Shown here: positions 26,780 to 39,960 of the stretch, in pieces
How positions within the stretch are numbered: the first letter of the stretch is position 1
Layout: the number at the start of each line of letters is the position of its first letter
From: Eledone cirrhosa
Taxonomy: Eukaryota
Length of the DNA stretch: 64,000 nt
Direction: 5' to 3'
Assembly: GCA_964016885.1 (NCBI GenBank)
Contig: OZ024747.1
Location: forward strand, 21,018,001-21,082,000
The notes under the pieces: generated by a model
Told to the model about the DNA's origin: nothing
Seen by the model: the letters and a program-made list of their open reading frames with translations, nothing else
Database searches by the model: none
Program-made: the position numbers and the translations under genes

Positions 26780-27720
26780 TTGTCACAGGATACTGCTTGA
26801 CAGATAGGGTTATATATAGATGCAATATTACCAGCCACAATAGCGTTAAGCATTATATAGGGGCTACCTCCGGCCCGTTCAAAATTAGGTTTCGAACACA
26901 TCTCCACTCTTTCACAAATAGAAAACTAAGGCACTCCACTTCGCTCGCGGACTACATCACATCACTAAAGGACTTAAACATCAGCTTCTCCACGCACTGG
27001 GAGATTGTCGGCAGGGCTGCACCGTACAACTTCAAGAGGAAATGCGATCTTTGCCTCGTGGAGCTCTACCACATCATAACTGCACCCCACGATCTCATCA
27101 ACAGCAGAGCTGAAACAGCGATAAGTTGTACACATCGCTTAAAAATATCCTTCTTCAGATGGGTTAAGGATGAGGAGTGAAACCGTATACCGGATCTCCC
27201 TGCAACAAGTCTTAACACCTTGGCGGGCAGGCGCTGCAAAATAACATCCAGGAAACAATCCTTGCGTACCAGACCCAGCCTCAGACAAACAGATGCGGCA
27301 AGAAAAAAAAAAATTTGTCCGGGAAAGACTGCCCTAACACCGGCCAGAGTTTCCTCCCTTGACCTGCTGCAAAATCAAAACAAGATATTTTTGCGAGCAA
27401 TGAACCTTGATGTGGATTTAACCCCCAAAACTCTTTCCGAGCAATATAAGGAACACTTGTGATTATTTATGCCCTTGAGAAGCCCAACTGGGCGAAACGT
27501 ACGTAGGTGCTGTTTTAAATAAACATGTTTTAACGGTCTATTCTCCGATTTTTTACTTTCCCATGTGCTTACGCTCTGCTAACTCTCTAGCCCACTAAAT
27601 ATTAACACTTCGAATATTTAATACTGCCGGCACTAGTATCGAGCACCTTTGGCATACGCTACTTGGCAAATAACTATATGTATCACCTATCCTCTCCTTT
27701 TTTCTCTTTCTCGATACGTA
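26780..27720 (+). mobile_element. 5'-truncated Penelope-like element: GIY-YIG endonuclease (26785-27180) plus 3' UTR/pLTR with HHR
   Basis: Translation GYCLTDRVIYRCNI...HYIGATSGPFKIRFRTHLHSF...STSLADYI...WEIV...CDLCLVE...LINSRAE...CTH. Confidence 0.85.
27471..27510 (+). ncRNA. Type I hammerhead ribozyme, U3-A8 core variant
   Basis: GCCC-TTGAGAA-GCCC(aact)GGGC-GAA-ACGTACGT-A/GG(T)GC, with palindromic stem III and a short, bulged stem I. Confidence 0.6.
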
Positions 27721-27809
27721 AATACTGTATATGTAGATATATATATATATATATATATATATGTAGATATATATATATATATATATATGTAGATATATAT
27801 ATATATATT

Positions 27810-27907
<98 letters not shown>

Positions 27908-28000
27908 AAGTAATTCCGTCGGAAAAGTCCAGGAAAAAAGAGTGCTCTATGTAGGTAACAGAGCTTAATAGTTATGTAATAAACAACATAAGGCAATTAT

Positions 28001-28058
28001 TCCATTTACCAGTGGTTTCTTAAAAGCAAAAAATGTTGCTTTCAATCAACAGAATGAA
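28001..28058 (-). ncRNA. Hammerhead ribozyme motif with one core substitution (CTGTTGA)
   Basis: Minus strand: TTCATT-CTGTTGA-TTGAAAGCAA(loop)TTGCTTTTAA-GAA-ACCAcTGGT-A/AATGGA. Confidence 0.7.
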
Positions 28059-28169
28059 AAAATCCTGGTGTATTTATTGATATTGGATTCTAAAAACAAA
28101 AATGCAATCTATATGAAAGTGAAGCTGGAGAAGGAAGAAGGAAAGGAAAAATAAAATAAAAACACACAT

Positions 28170-28214
<45 letters not shown>

Positions 28215-28223
28215 TATATACAT

Positions 28224-28286
<63 letters not shown>

Positions 28287-29114
28287 CATACATACACACA
28301 CACATATACACATATATATGTGTATATATATACATACACATACATATACACATACATACACACATAAATATCAACATATCCATACATACACATACATATA
28401 TACAACCACGCATATATATATATATATATGCATACACATACACATACATAGCCATACACACATACATATACATACATACACACAATCATACGTATATACA
28501 CATGTACATACATACACATACATACACACATATATACATGCATACATATGCATGCACAAAAATACAAAAATATACACACACCTCTACATATTCACACACG
28601 CAAATAAATATAAGAAAAAATATATATAATTATAAAAGACATAAAAAAGAAAATAAACACTATTATAAAGTTGACAGCGATACAGGCAACAAATAAATGA
28701 ACAAACACACGTGGTAAGCAATACACACAAATGCACGTACACATACATACGTAAAAATAAATACATACACACACTTTCACACATAAATATACATATACAA
28801 ATACATAAACACATACATACGCATACACAAATACACACACATATACATATATACACACACACATACATACATATATATGTGAGTTTTTTACATTTATTTA
28901 ATTTATTAAATTATTGATATTTTATTTGAGTGACCCGAATCTTCCTGGTCGTTCTTTTTCGGCTGCACGGGTGATTTTAGGCATGATCTCTGTGTGTTGG
29001 TATTTTAACGATAGTTATAGCTCTGGTTTATCCAAACTATTGAGCCCTCTGCCACACATGTCGGATATTGTTTATCGTGATTTCGTGGGCCGATATTCCG
29101 ATTCTCGATCATTC

Positions 29115-29175
<61 letters not shown>

Positions 29176-29453
29176 TACATACATAGCCATACAATTATAC
29201 ACATACAAATACGTACATATCACAAACACGCACAACCAAATACAAACACACACATATATATATATGTGTGTAAAACTCATTCTTAGATAATTCATAAGAA
29301 CCTTATTTAACTCTAAAATATACATATATATATATACACATACACATACATACACATACATACTTACTAACATACACATATATACCTACACACACATATA
29401 TACATATACATACGTACACACACAGACACACACACACATATACATATATAACT

Positions 29454-29507
<54 letters not shown>

Positions 29508-29817
29508 AAGAACATAAATATTATAAAATAAATATTTTATATATAAAAAAAATTGGGAATACGACAAATAATAAATAAAAAAATATATATTTAGAAAAGG
29601 GTATAAATACCCATAGCAGACCTAGAGCACTCAACAAGTTCCTGGAGCAAAAGATCAATGAAAATAATCATCAAATCACTATATGTAATGATGCACATAC
29701 ATACACCCTTATACATATACACACACACACATAAATATATATACATACACACACACACCAAAAAAACCCAGCCACAGAAATACAAACACACATACAATTA
29801 CGTATATATACACACAC

Positions 29818-29848
<31 letters not shown>

Positions 29849-30139
29849 TAGGAAAAAGTCTGACCCTACGGCAGAGCTCAAGCCTTTTCTGAGGCTATTA
29901 TATAAAAACACACAAAACCATTATATAAAAAACTAATATCTAAAAATAAAAAAATGCTTGGTATGTGAAGGGTAAGTCAAAAAATGGGGTGGGGGGGGGC
30001 ATAGGAAAAGGTTTAAATATAAGGGGAGATAAGGGAGAAAGAGAATACAAGAGTACAGAACGTGGATTCAGCAGGTAAAAAAACCGTAGTAGAAGTAAAG
30101 AGCAGAGAAGGAGTTCAAGGTGGTCGAGTTATCATAGAA

Positions 30140-30670
30140 ATGTCAATCCAGTTACAGATCAGATGTGATTTCAGATGAGGACAACATCTGAAGATCTCGG
30201 TCTTTGAGTTCAGGCAAGCAGAAGCGGCTTTCAAGTTTAGTAAAATCCTATATTTTTCTGTGGTACACAAAGAACAATTCTTTGTGCCCCTTTTGGTACT
30301 CCCTCGAATGGTCTAAAATAGACCAATCGATAGAGTACGGGATGTTTTTATCCTTGAATTCCCACACCTTACTTGCGAGGGCCGTTGTTGTTCGTTTATC
30401 GGAGTGCTTAAAAGAAGCAACATGTGCATAAAACCTGGTTTTAAACCTGTCCTGGGTCATGCCGACATATCGCTCACTCCTGGCTGGCTGGTTGTTGATT
30501 AAAAGTGTTACTTTAGCCTCATAAACAACAGATTTGGTGTTACATTTGCCCTGCAATGGGCATTCATACGACTTCCTACAACTGCATCCTGGATTTGTTC
30601 TCGTATGATTTGAATTAGTGATCTTGGACTTCATAGATGGGCAACAAGAGTAACTGATCTTAACTACATT
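30140..30670 (-). pseudogene. PLE GIY-YIG endonuclease domain (frameshifted near the C-terminus)
   Basis: Translation VKISYSC...CSCRKSYECPLQGKCNTKSVVYEAKV...RYVGMTQDRFKTRFYAHVASF...WSILD, then a shifted LNSKTEIFRCCPH. Confidence 0.9.
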
Positions 30671-31886
30671 AAGGTTTAAAAGAGGCGGTAAGTAGATCAA
30701 GATTAATATCAAGAAAGTTAGCATTGGTAAGGTTCGTATCTATAGTGATTTTAAGGTTAAGATTAGCAAAAGTATTGATTAAATCTTTACGGAATTTATC
30801 AAGGTTATGGCCGTTGGTGGTATGAGAAACTGCCAATCCGTCATCACGGTATAAACCGATATTATGGGAAGGAAATTTCTCTTTGAGGGTGTGGAGAAGG
30901 AATAATCCTACTAAGTCACACACATCCGTACTGTCATATGAACCCATTGCAACATCAAAAGAGTTTTCAGGATTTGACTTTTTAACCCAAATATTTTCAT
31001 TAGTAAAGAGTAAAGTTTTTCTAGCATGAAAGATAATGTCTTCTTCTAATTTAGAAATATTAATGAAGGGTTTTGCAAACTCTAAGGCATTAGTTAATAA
31101 GGAAACAGTAATAGAGGGGTAAAAATCAACAATATCAAATTGGGTAAATCTACACTTATTTTTACATTGTATATTATTAAACCAAGAAATAACAGAGGAA
31201 GTATTTAGCCACTGTGATAGGTCAGTCTTAGTTCTAATTTGGAGAATTATTTTTCTTAAGATTTTTTTACTTGCAAGGCCAACTTCGGATTTAGCCGGGT
31301 TAATCAGTCTACAACTAGGTCGATTAGTAAAGTCTAATTTATGGTCTTTAAGGGTAATATATTCTTTACGCTTAGCTAGGCTTTCAATCCGGTTGTCTAT
31401 TTTTAAAGAACTAGCTAGTTCTTTAGCTTCTTTATTAATAGTATTGTAGGTATTATTATTAGTTAATTGATATTTGTTGGTGATACTATTAGTTAAAAGT
31501 TGGTTATACAAAATACTATTAACTTCAAAGAGATTTTTAGTTTTATCAGAAAGAACAAAGGTGTTTGTAGAATTTTTAAAATTAGAAATATCGTTAGACA
31601 GTTTAGTTTGAAAGTTATTATTGTACTTACGAAATTTGATATCACTAATTAAATTAACAAGGTCTAATTCGAAGTTGGCCATGTCTTTAATTCTAGGTGG
31701 ATATATACGGGATTTTATGTCAAAACAATCATTAGTATCAGCACTGAATAGTCCATCGTAAACCATTGCCTTCCATCTCATTCTTTTAACGACTTGTTCG
31801 ATTTTATCTATAAGCATTTTGGTATAAGTTGTGTTGGAAGGAGTAGGTATATTTTTGATTGAATAATCCAATTCATAAAGGTCCAT
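30669..31886 (-). CDS. Penelope-like reverse transcriptase (thumb region deleted)
   Basis: 405-aa ORF with KRMRWKA, DKT, KDHK, CRLINP, FDIVDFYPSI, MGSYD, GLYRDDGL and NFLDINLDL motifs. Confidence 0.92.
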   Translation of the reverse strand: MDLYELDYSIKNIPTPSNTTYTKMLIDKIEQVVKRMRWKAMVYDGLFSADTNDCFDIKSRIYPPRIKDMANFELDLVNLISDIKFRKYNNNFQTKLSNDISNFKNSTNTFVLSDKTKNLFEVNSILYNQLLTNSITNKYQLTNNNTYNTINKEAKELASSLKIDNRIESLAKRKEYITLKDHKLDFTNRPSCRLINPAKSEVGLASKKILRKIILQIRTKTDLSQWLNTSSVISWFNNIQCKNKCRFTQFDIVDFYPSITVSLLTNALEFAKPFINISKLEEDIIFHARKTLLFTNENIWVKKSNPENSFDVAMGSYDSTDVCDLVGLFLLHTLKEKFPSHNIGLYRDDGLAVSHTTNGHNLDKFRKDLINTFANLNLKITIDTNLTNANFLDINLDLLTASFKP

Positions 31887-32072
31887 GGTGTATGTTGGTT
31901 AAATTCCTGAAAACTGTAGAGTGCTCAACTAATCGGGCTGGAAAGTGCCAATCGTATATGTAATATAGAATATGCTTCAATCAATCCCGGTTGGAGCTGT
32001 ATAAATGAAGTAATTCCGTTGGAAAAGTCCAGGAAAAAAGAGTGCTCTATGTAGGTAACAATATATATATAC

Positions 32073-32171
<99 letters not shown>

Positions 32172-32177
32172 CATATA

Positions 32178-32390
32178 TAATATATAAGATCAAAAGATGG
32201 TTAAAATAGTTCCATGTATTTTATTATGCGCATTTCAAAAACAAATATCATCATGCAATAACATTTGTGTTTTCATCAGATAAAATAGGAAGACATGATA
32301 TGAAGGTTAAAAAACACTTGTGAATAGTGCAGTTTTAAATCAACATATGCTTTATTGCTTTATTGTACTACAATAAAACTCACCTCCTAC
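32178..32390 (-). mobile_element. HHR repeat family A copy 2, with an inverted 3'-terminal piece
   Basis: 32178-32348 is the reverse complement of family A; 32351-32390 is the family's 3' terminus in + orientation. Confidence 0.75.
32217..32287 (-). ncRNA. Type I hammerhead ribozyme (family A)
   Basis: Minus strand: TATTTTAT-CTGATGA-AAACACAAATGTTATT(gcat)GATGATATTTGTTTTT-GAA-ATGCGCAT-A/ATAAAATA. Confidence 0.85.
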
Positions 32391-32414
32391 ATATATACAT
32401 ATATATATATACAT

Positions 32415-32467
<53 letters not shown>

Positions 32468-32621
32468 GGAAAAATTTGAACAGGGACAAAACAGAGAGGC
32501 AGTACAACGAATGTTTATTAATTTCACGCTCTGGAGAGTGGGGATACATCTATATATATATACCTATATATATATATATACATATATATATATACATATA
32601 AATTAATAAAAATAATGAATA

Positions 32622-34088
32622 TATATAAGGGACGACCTAGATATGCTCAATCACCTCCCTAATATGCCACTTTCTGAACAAACCCTACTAGTGACGTTCG
32701 ATGTAGTCAACCTATACTCCAACATCCCCCACAACCTAGGAATAGAAGCTATCCAATTCTGGCTCAATAATCACCACAATGAACTCCCACAACCCATCAA
32801 AAAAGAATTCGTGATAGAGGGACTCAAATTTATCTTGGAGAACAATTACTTCGTTTTCAATAACAAACCCTACAGGCAGAAATCTGGGACCGCTATGGGA
32901 ACGAAAACAGCCCCCACTTATGCCAACCTAGTCATGGGATACCTGGAAATCACCCTCTACACTAAAGTCCTAAACAAATTTGGAAACACTCTCCACTTAC
33001 ACATAGAAAGGAACTGGAAGCGATATCTAGATGACTGCTTCATCCTTTGGCACGAAAACATCGAGAAACTTAAAAAGTTTCAAACCCTTATAAATGGGCT
33101 AAACACGAATATTAACTTCACGATGGAATACAGTCATCAACAACTCCCCTTCCTCGACATCCTCATTAAGATCCATAACAAAAAAAATAGAAACAGACAT
33201 ATACTACAAGCCCACAGACTCCAAGCAATATCTTCTTTTCAACTCTTGCCACCCTAGACACGTTAAAATTAATATTCCCTACAACTTAGCCAAGAGAATC
33301 TGTACTATAGTCTCCAATAAAAACACCTGCTACTTACGGCTACAATAACTAAAGGACACACTCATAGGCAAGGACTACCCTGCATCACTAATTGACAATG
33401 GAATCCAACGTGCCCTAAAACTCAGTACCCAGGACCTTTGACACCCTAAAGTAAATCAACCGAAACTAAAAGCTCTTCCATACATCTCCACACACAACCC
33501 CCTCAACAATGAGGCCTTTGACACTATCCTCCAGAACATCCCTGTGTTGAAAAAAGGACCATAGAATGAAACAAATCCTACGAACACACGATATCAAAAA
33601 GAGCAAAAGACAATCTAAGTCAATGAAAAACATCCTAACACATGCCAAAGTACTGCCAACCACAACAACGAAACCCACAGTAAAAAAAATGCGATAGACC
33701 CAACTGTGGCATTTGCATCAACCTAATAGACGGTTCGGAATTCTATTTCAAAGAAGGACAACGTTTTATAGTAAAACACAATTTCACATGCGCATCAGAA
33801 AATCTAATATATGTATTAACTTGCTCAGGTTGTCGAGAACAATACATAGGCCAGACCAAAAACAGCCTCCGCCAACGCATGACTGTCCATAGATCCCAAA
33901 TTAAAATACGGGAATACAGGAAAATACCACTGAGTGAACACATTGATACCTGTGCCGCCCAAAATCATCCCAACTTCAGAATCTTTCCCCTCTACAAATT
34001 TAAAGATAATGCCACCCACACCCAGCGCATCAGCAAGGAATCTCACTTTATTAACAAATACGGACCCCGTCTAAACACTTCTCCCTAA
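32622..34088 (+). pseudogene. Penelope-like element RT + Zn-knuckle + GIY-YIG (Neptune-like), 5'-truncated, with frameshifts and stops
   Basis: Motifs YIRDD, FDVVNLYSNIP, GTAMGTKTAPTYANL, WKRYLDDCF, PFLDI; frameshift to TDIYYKPTD..SCHP; then KCDRPNCGIC, NLIYVLTCSGCREQYIGQT, ESHFINKY. Confidence 0.92.
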
Positions 34089-35628
34089 GACAAACCCACA
34101 ACATACACACGTCAACATACATACCTACATCAGCATACATCTCTATCCACATATAAACACAATGATATACGTAAACACACATGTTCTATGGTGTAACACA
34201 AATATACACAAATTTGCATACCTTTTGAAGTCTATAGATATAAACGTGCCGACACACACACATACATAAACGCACACATGCATTGCACACTGATGGGCAC
34301 ATACATATTTGTACACAAGTATTCCAATACGGCAAGGCCTAATGGATTCCCCTTGCAGTACGTACAATCTGGACACTCACACACACCTTGGTATTATGCC
34401 AATACTATATATTATTTCACACCTTTTATTATTGAGGTTTTTGATGTTCTATTGAGAGAATCGTTTTTACTGAAAATATCGAATAATGTACACCATTTTT
34501 ACCAGTATCACAAAAATACTGGTCCACCCATCCCCACACACACACACACATTCTCACACACACACACACACATATATACACACACACATACACACGCGTA
34601 CATTAACATACAAAGAGACATATACACACACACACACACTTCTCCGTATAAGACAAGAGCTGAAAAATATCTTTTAACATGTTAAAATAACCCCCACACA
34701 CGTACAGACACATTCCTACTGAGCATCCCTCTACCACGAATTACTCTGCTACACACACACACAGACACTTGTCTTAATAGGCATTTGAACTGTCAACAGG
34801 CTGCGGTTCGCACACACATCTCTGCTGACCATTATCACAACAACGAACCTCTTTACTACTACTACTACACACACACACACACATATTTGTTTTGAAAGAC
34901 TTATTTTTCAGTGACTTCTCAATCAGCCGACACAAACCTACATTTGGCGCAAAATCAATTTTTAACATTCACATGACCTCTACCGACCAATCAAAATTGT
35001 TTTGACCACAAGAATTTTTGCAACACGAATTGGCGCGAAACTTATTTTAATACATCTGGAGCCACTTTTTTCACATAAAACAGATAGAATTTCCAAAACT
35101 AATCAGATTAGAGCAAACATCACGGGCGCTCTATCTCAAAATTATTTTTGAAAAGCATTAGAAATACGCAACCGGTAAAGTTTAAAACCAAAACTGAATA
35201 CTAACCAATACTATTACTAATTTTTGCTTATTCCTAATTAAACTATTTTTCACTGTGAACAATTTGTCAGCATTTTCTTTTCCTTTTACCAATATATATA
35301 TATATATATTTGTACATGTATGTGTGTATCAGTCGCTTCAAATGTTGAATCAGCACATTTATATAAACCAGCAGTGATATTGTTTATATCATTCGATAAA
35401 CAATACAGTTTGACATCTGCCATGAATAATACCTTTTGATTAATCAGGATGGACATCTGGCCTAAGAAAACCTGCCTCATAAAGTATTGAATTTGCCACA
35501 GACGCAGAGGCAGTGATTTTCTCAATGGCTAGGAATTCAGTCCTCGCTTTGCTATTTCCTATCCACTGAATTATTTTTTAATAAGTTTCCAGAGTCCTCG
35601 CTTTGCCTGGAAACTTAGATGAGAATAG

Positions 35629-35710
35629 ACTTCCCTAACGACGGAATGTTTCTCTATATCTTCTTCGGAAAATATATTTACTCCATTCCAGAAACTAATT
35701 AGTTGGAAGT
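35629..35710 (+). ncRNA. Hammerhead ribozyme motif with G5A substitution (probable pLTR of the Neptune-like PLE)
   Basis: ACTTCC-CTAACGA-cGGAATG(long loop)CATTCCa-GAA-ACTAATTAGT-T/GGAAGT. Confidence 0.65.
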
Positions 35711-35895
35711 GATATTTTAGTAAGTAAGTTAATTTTATAATTTTCTTATTTTACGTCTCTCATATTATTGTTCTGCAACCCCATGCATTGAACCACAATG
35801 TTACTAAGACAAAACCTATATATTTGCTACCATTGATATGCATCTGTATGTATATATATGTTACTAGATATTAATTCTTTATATATATATATATG

Positions 35896-36040
<145 letters not shown>

Positions 36041-36044
36041 GTAC

Positions 36045-36092
<48 letters not shown>

Positions 36093-36718
36093 GTAGGAGG
36101 TGAGTTTTATTGTAGTACAATAAAGCAATGCAGATATCGGATAAGAAGCACTCTACAGTTTGTAGGACTGGAGTATACATAATATATAAGATCAAAAGAT
36201 GGTTAAAGGAGTTCCATCATCCGCAATTCATTATTCTATTCTCTCTATCATCAAACTTTTTAATCTCAATACATATTAACTCCCTCTCCTTCTTCGTACA
36301 TATTTTTCCCTTCGTTAATTTTCAAATTCTTTTAATTTATACATTATCTTCCAACGGTTTTCAACCTCTCTATATAAAACAATATATCTTTCTCAGTTAC
36401 AAAAACTATCTCTCTCTCTCTATCACCCATCTCTCCCTCTCCACCTTCACTCTCATCTCCTCCCCTTTTTTTCATCCTTTCCACCCCCCCTCTCTAAATA
36501 AAATATTTTCCCCAATATCACACATCAATCTGAAACTACTTCTCATATGTTGATTTAAAATTGCACTATCCACAAGTGTTTTTTAGCCTTCATATCATGT
36601 CCTCCTGTTTTATCTGCTGAAAACACAAATATTATTGCATGATGATGTTTGTTTTTGAAATGCGCATAACAAAATACATGGAACTCCTTTAACCATCTTT
36701 GATCTTATATATTATATA
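36093..36718 (+). mobile_element. HHR repeat family A copy 3, with an inverted 3' end at its 5' side
   Basis: 36093-36217 is the reverse complement of family A positions 39586-39710. The remainder is colinear with 12715-13112. Confidence 0.8.
36606..36676 (+). ncRNA. Hammerhead motif (family A) with A6C substitution
   Basis: TGTTTTAT-CTGCTGA-...-GAA-ATGCGCAT-A/ACAAAATA. Confidence 0.65.
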
Positions 36719-37556
36719 TATATATATATACGTATATATATACGTATATGTATATATGTATATATATATGTATATATATGTATATATATATATATGTATA
36801 TATATGTATATATAGATGTATATATATATATGTATATATATATATGTATATATATATGTATATATATATATGTATATATTTATATGTATATATATGTATA
36901 TATATATATGTATATATATGTATATATATATGTATATATATATATATGCGTGTATATATATATATGTATATATTTATATGTATATGTATATATATATATG
37001 TATATATTTATATGTATATGTATACATATATGTATATATTTATATGTATATATATATGTATATATATATGTATATGTATATATATATGTATATACATATG
37101 TATATATATATATATGTATATATATGTATATATATATGTATATATTTATATGTATATATATATATATATATATGTATATGTATATATATATGTATATATA
37201 TATGTATATATCTATGTATATTTATATGTATATATATATGTATATATAGATGTATATATATAAATATATATATGTATATATAGATGTATATATATAAATA
37301 TATATATGTCTATATAGATGTATATATACATGTATATATATATGTATATATATATATGTATATATATATGTATATATATATATACATATATATATACATA
37401 TATGTAGTTATATATGTATATATATATGTATATATATATATGTATATATATATATATACATATATGTATATATATATGTATGTATATATATATGTATATA
37501 TATATATATACATATATATGGATATATATATATATACATATATGTATATATATATG

Positions 37557-37590
<34 letters not shown>

Positions 37591-37632
37591 CATATTTATA
37601 TATATATATATGTATATATATGTATATATATG

Positions 37633-37709
<77 letters not shown>

Positions 37710-38051
37710 GTATATATATATGTATATATATATATATGTATATATATATGTAAATATATATGTATATATATGTGTATATATATGTGTATATATATGTGTA
37801 TATATATGTGTATATATATGTATATATATATGTATATATATGTGTATATATATGTCTATATATATGTATATATATGTGTATATATATGTGTATATATATG
37901 TATATATATGTGTATATATATGTGTATATATATATGTGTATATATATGTGTATATATATGTGTATATATATGTATATATATGTGTATATATATGTGTATA
38001 TATATATGTATATATATATGTATATATATATATAAATGTATATATATATAA

Positions 38052-38111
<60 letters not shown>

Positions 38112-38118
38112 GTATATA

Positions 38119-38159
<41 letters not shown>

Positions 38160-38186
38160 ATATATATATGTATGTATATATATATG

Positions 38187-38247
<61 letters not shown>

Positions 38248-38356
38248 GTATATATATATGTATATATATATGTATATATATATGTATATATATATATATG
38301 TATGTATATATATATATGTATATATATATATATGTATGTATATATATATATGTATG

Positions 38357-38387
<31 letters not shown>

Positions 38388-38388
38388 G

Positions 38389-38452
<64 letters not shown>
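36718..38452. repeat. ~1.7-kb (TA)n/TATG compound microsatellite
   Basis: Direct reading. Confidence 0.95.
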
Positions 38453-38455
<3 letters not shown>

Positions 38456-38637
38456 TGTTATACTTGGGGAGGGTCATATATTGCGTAATATTGCCAGAAT
38501 TAATAACAGAACACACTCACTGTTTGGTTGGTTTTCGCTTCTCGCTGTCTTTTATATCTGCGATCTAACTTACTCGGTCCTCAATGTTGCCATTGACTGA
38601 CCGACGGTCAAAAATAATACAGATACAATATAGACAC

Positions 38638-38709
38638 AAACACATATATATAGTTTACATAATTTACATAAATCTTTCGTTGCACATCTGCAACATCGTC
38701 AGTGGTGTT
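38638..38709 (-). ncRNA. Candidate hammerhead motif (intact core, poor stem I)
   Basis: Minus strand: AACACCA-CTGACGA-tGTTGCA(gatg)TGCAAC-GAA-AGaTTTATGTAA(a)TTATGTAAACT-A/TATATGTGTT. Confidence 0.45.
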
Positions 38710-38844
38710 ATATTCTTTGTTCCTCCTGTTGTGTTGTATGTCTACGCCATTTTTTATTCAGTCTGTCTATATATTTAGTATAACAATATCTGTTTCGACA
38801 CACGATTTCATATAAAAAACCTCGCTAAACTAATATATATATGT

Positions 38845-38972
<128 letters not shown>

Positions 38973-39189
38973 AATAATAATAAATTTAACCTTATCTTCA
39001 TTCACCTTATCTTTTTAATATATTTTATTTTAATAATACATTTTAATAAATTCCTTTTCGCACATCTTATTAAACCCTTCAATATATAAACTTTAAATAA
39101 ATAGTATTCTTAATTCCTTTTTCTTTAATCATAAGCATCACCATTCATACACCTCATTAACTTTTAATGTCTAAATTTTGTTTAAATTA

Positions 39190-39247
39190 TGTATTATCTT
39201 ACAACGGTTTTTTTTTTCTCTGTGAGACAGTGTTTCTCAGTATTAAA

Positions 39248-39286
<39 letters not shown>

Positions 39287-39710
39287 ATTTTCTCATCCTC
39301 TCTGATCCTTCCTTCTTATACTCCTCCTCCGTCATCCTTTCCTTATTATAATTTTTCTTGTTCTATCTATATTCTTTCTTCCTCTTCCTTACCCCCCCCC
39401 CCTTCCTTTCCTTTTTTCCAAATCTCATATATCCATCTTATTTTATTTTTCATATGTTGATTTAACATTTCACTGCTTGCAAGTGTTTTTTTAAGCTTCA
39501 TATCATGTCTCCCTATTTTATCTGATGAGAACGCAAATATCATCCCATGATGATATTTGTTTTTGAAATGCTCATAATAAAATACATGGAACTCTTTTAA
39601 CCATCTTTTGATTTTATATTATTTATACCCCAGTCCTATAAACTGTTGAGTGCTACTTATCCGATATTTGCATTGCTTTATTGTGCTACAATAAAACTCA
39701 CCTCATACAT
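39190..39710 (+). mobile_element. HHR repeat family A copy 4 (longest 3' end)
   Basis: Colinear with 12715-13112 and extends to AAAACTCACCTCATAC|(AT)n. Confidence 0.8.
39514..39584 (+). ncRNA. Type I hammerhead ribozyme (family A)
   Basis: TATTTTAT-CTGATGA-GAACGCAAATATCATC(ccat)GATGATATTTGTTTTT-GAA-ATGCTCAT-A/ATAAAATA. Confidence 0.85.
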
Positions 39711-39960
39711 ATATATGTATATATATATACATATATATATATGTATATATATGTATATATATACATATGTATATATATATGTATATATATATATATATAT
39801 GATATTAAGGATACTATTTATGGTTATGTATATATTAAACTTTTTATAGTTATGTATATTTTAAACCTTAAACAGTGAAGGTCAGTAACTTTTTACTACC
39901 TTATTACCAGTAAGATAAATAGCTCAATGTAATAACATCAGTTGTTCTACAGAGCAGTTA

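Larger units (their letters stand above)
27903..32060 (-). mobile_element. Penelope-like element (YRDD RT, CxC..CP zinc motif; probably Nematis-like clade) with direct pseudo-LTR ends
   Basis: Contains an RT ORF and a GIY-YIG domain. A ~57-bp direct repeat (AATGAAGTAATTCCGT.GGAAAAGTCCAGGAAAAAAGAGTGCTCTATGTAGGTAACA) occurs at 27903-27960 and 32003-32060, and an HHR motif at 28001-28058. Confidence 0.75.
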
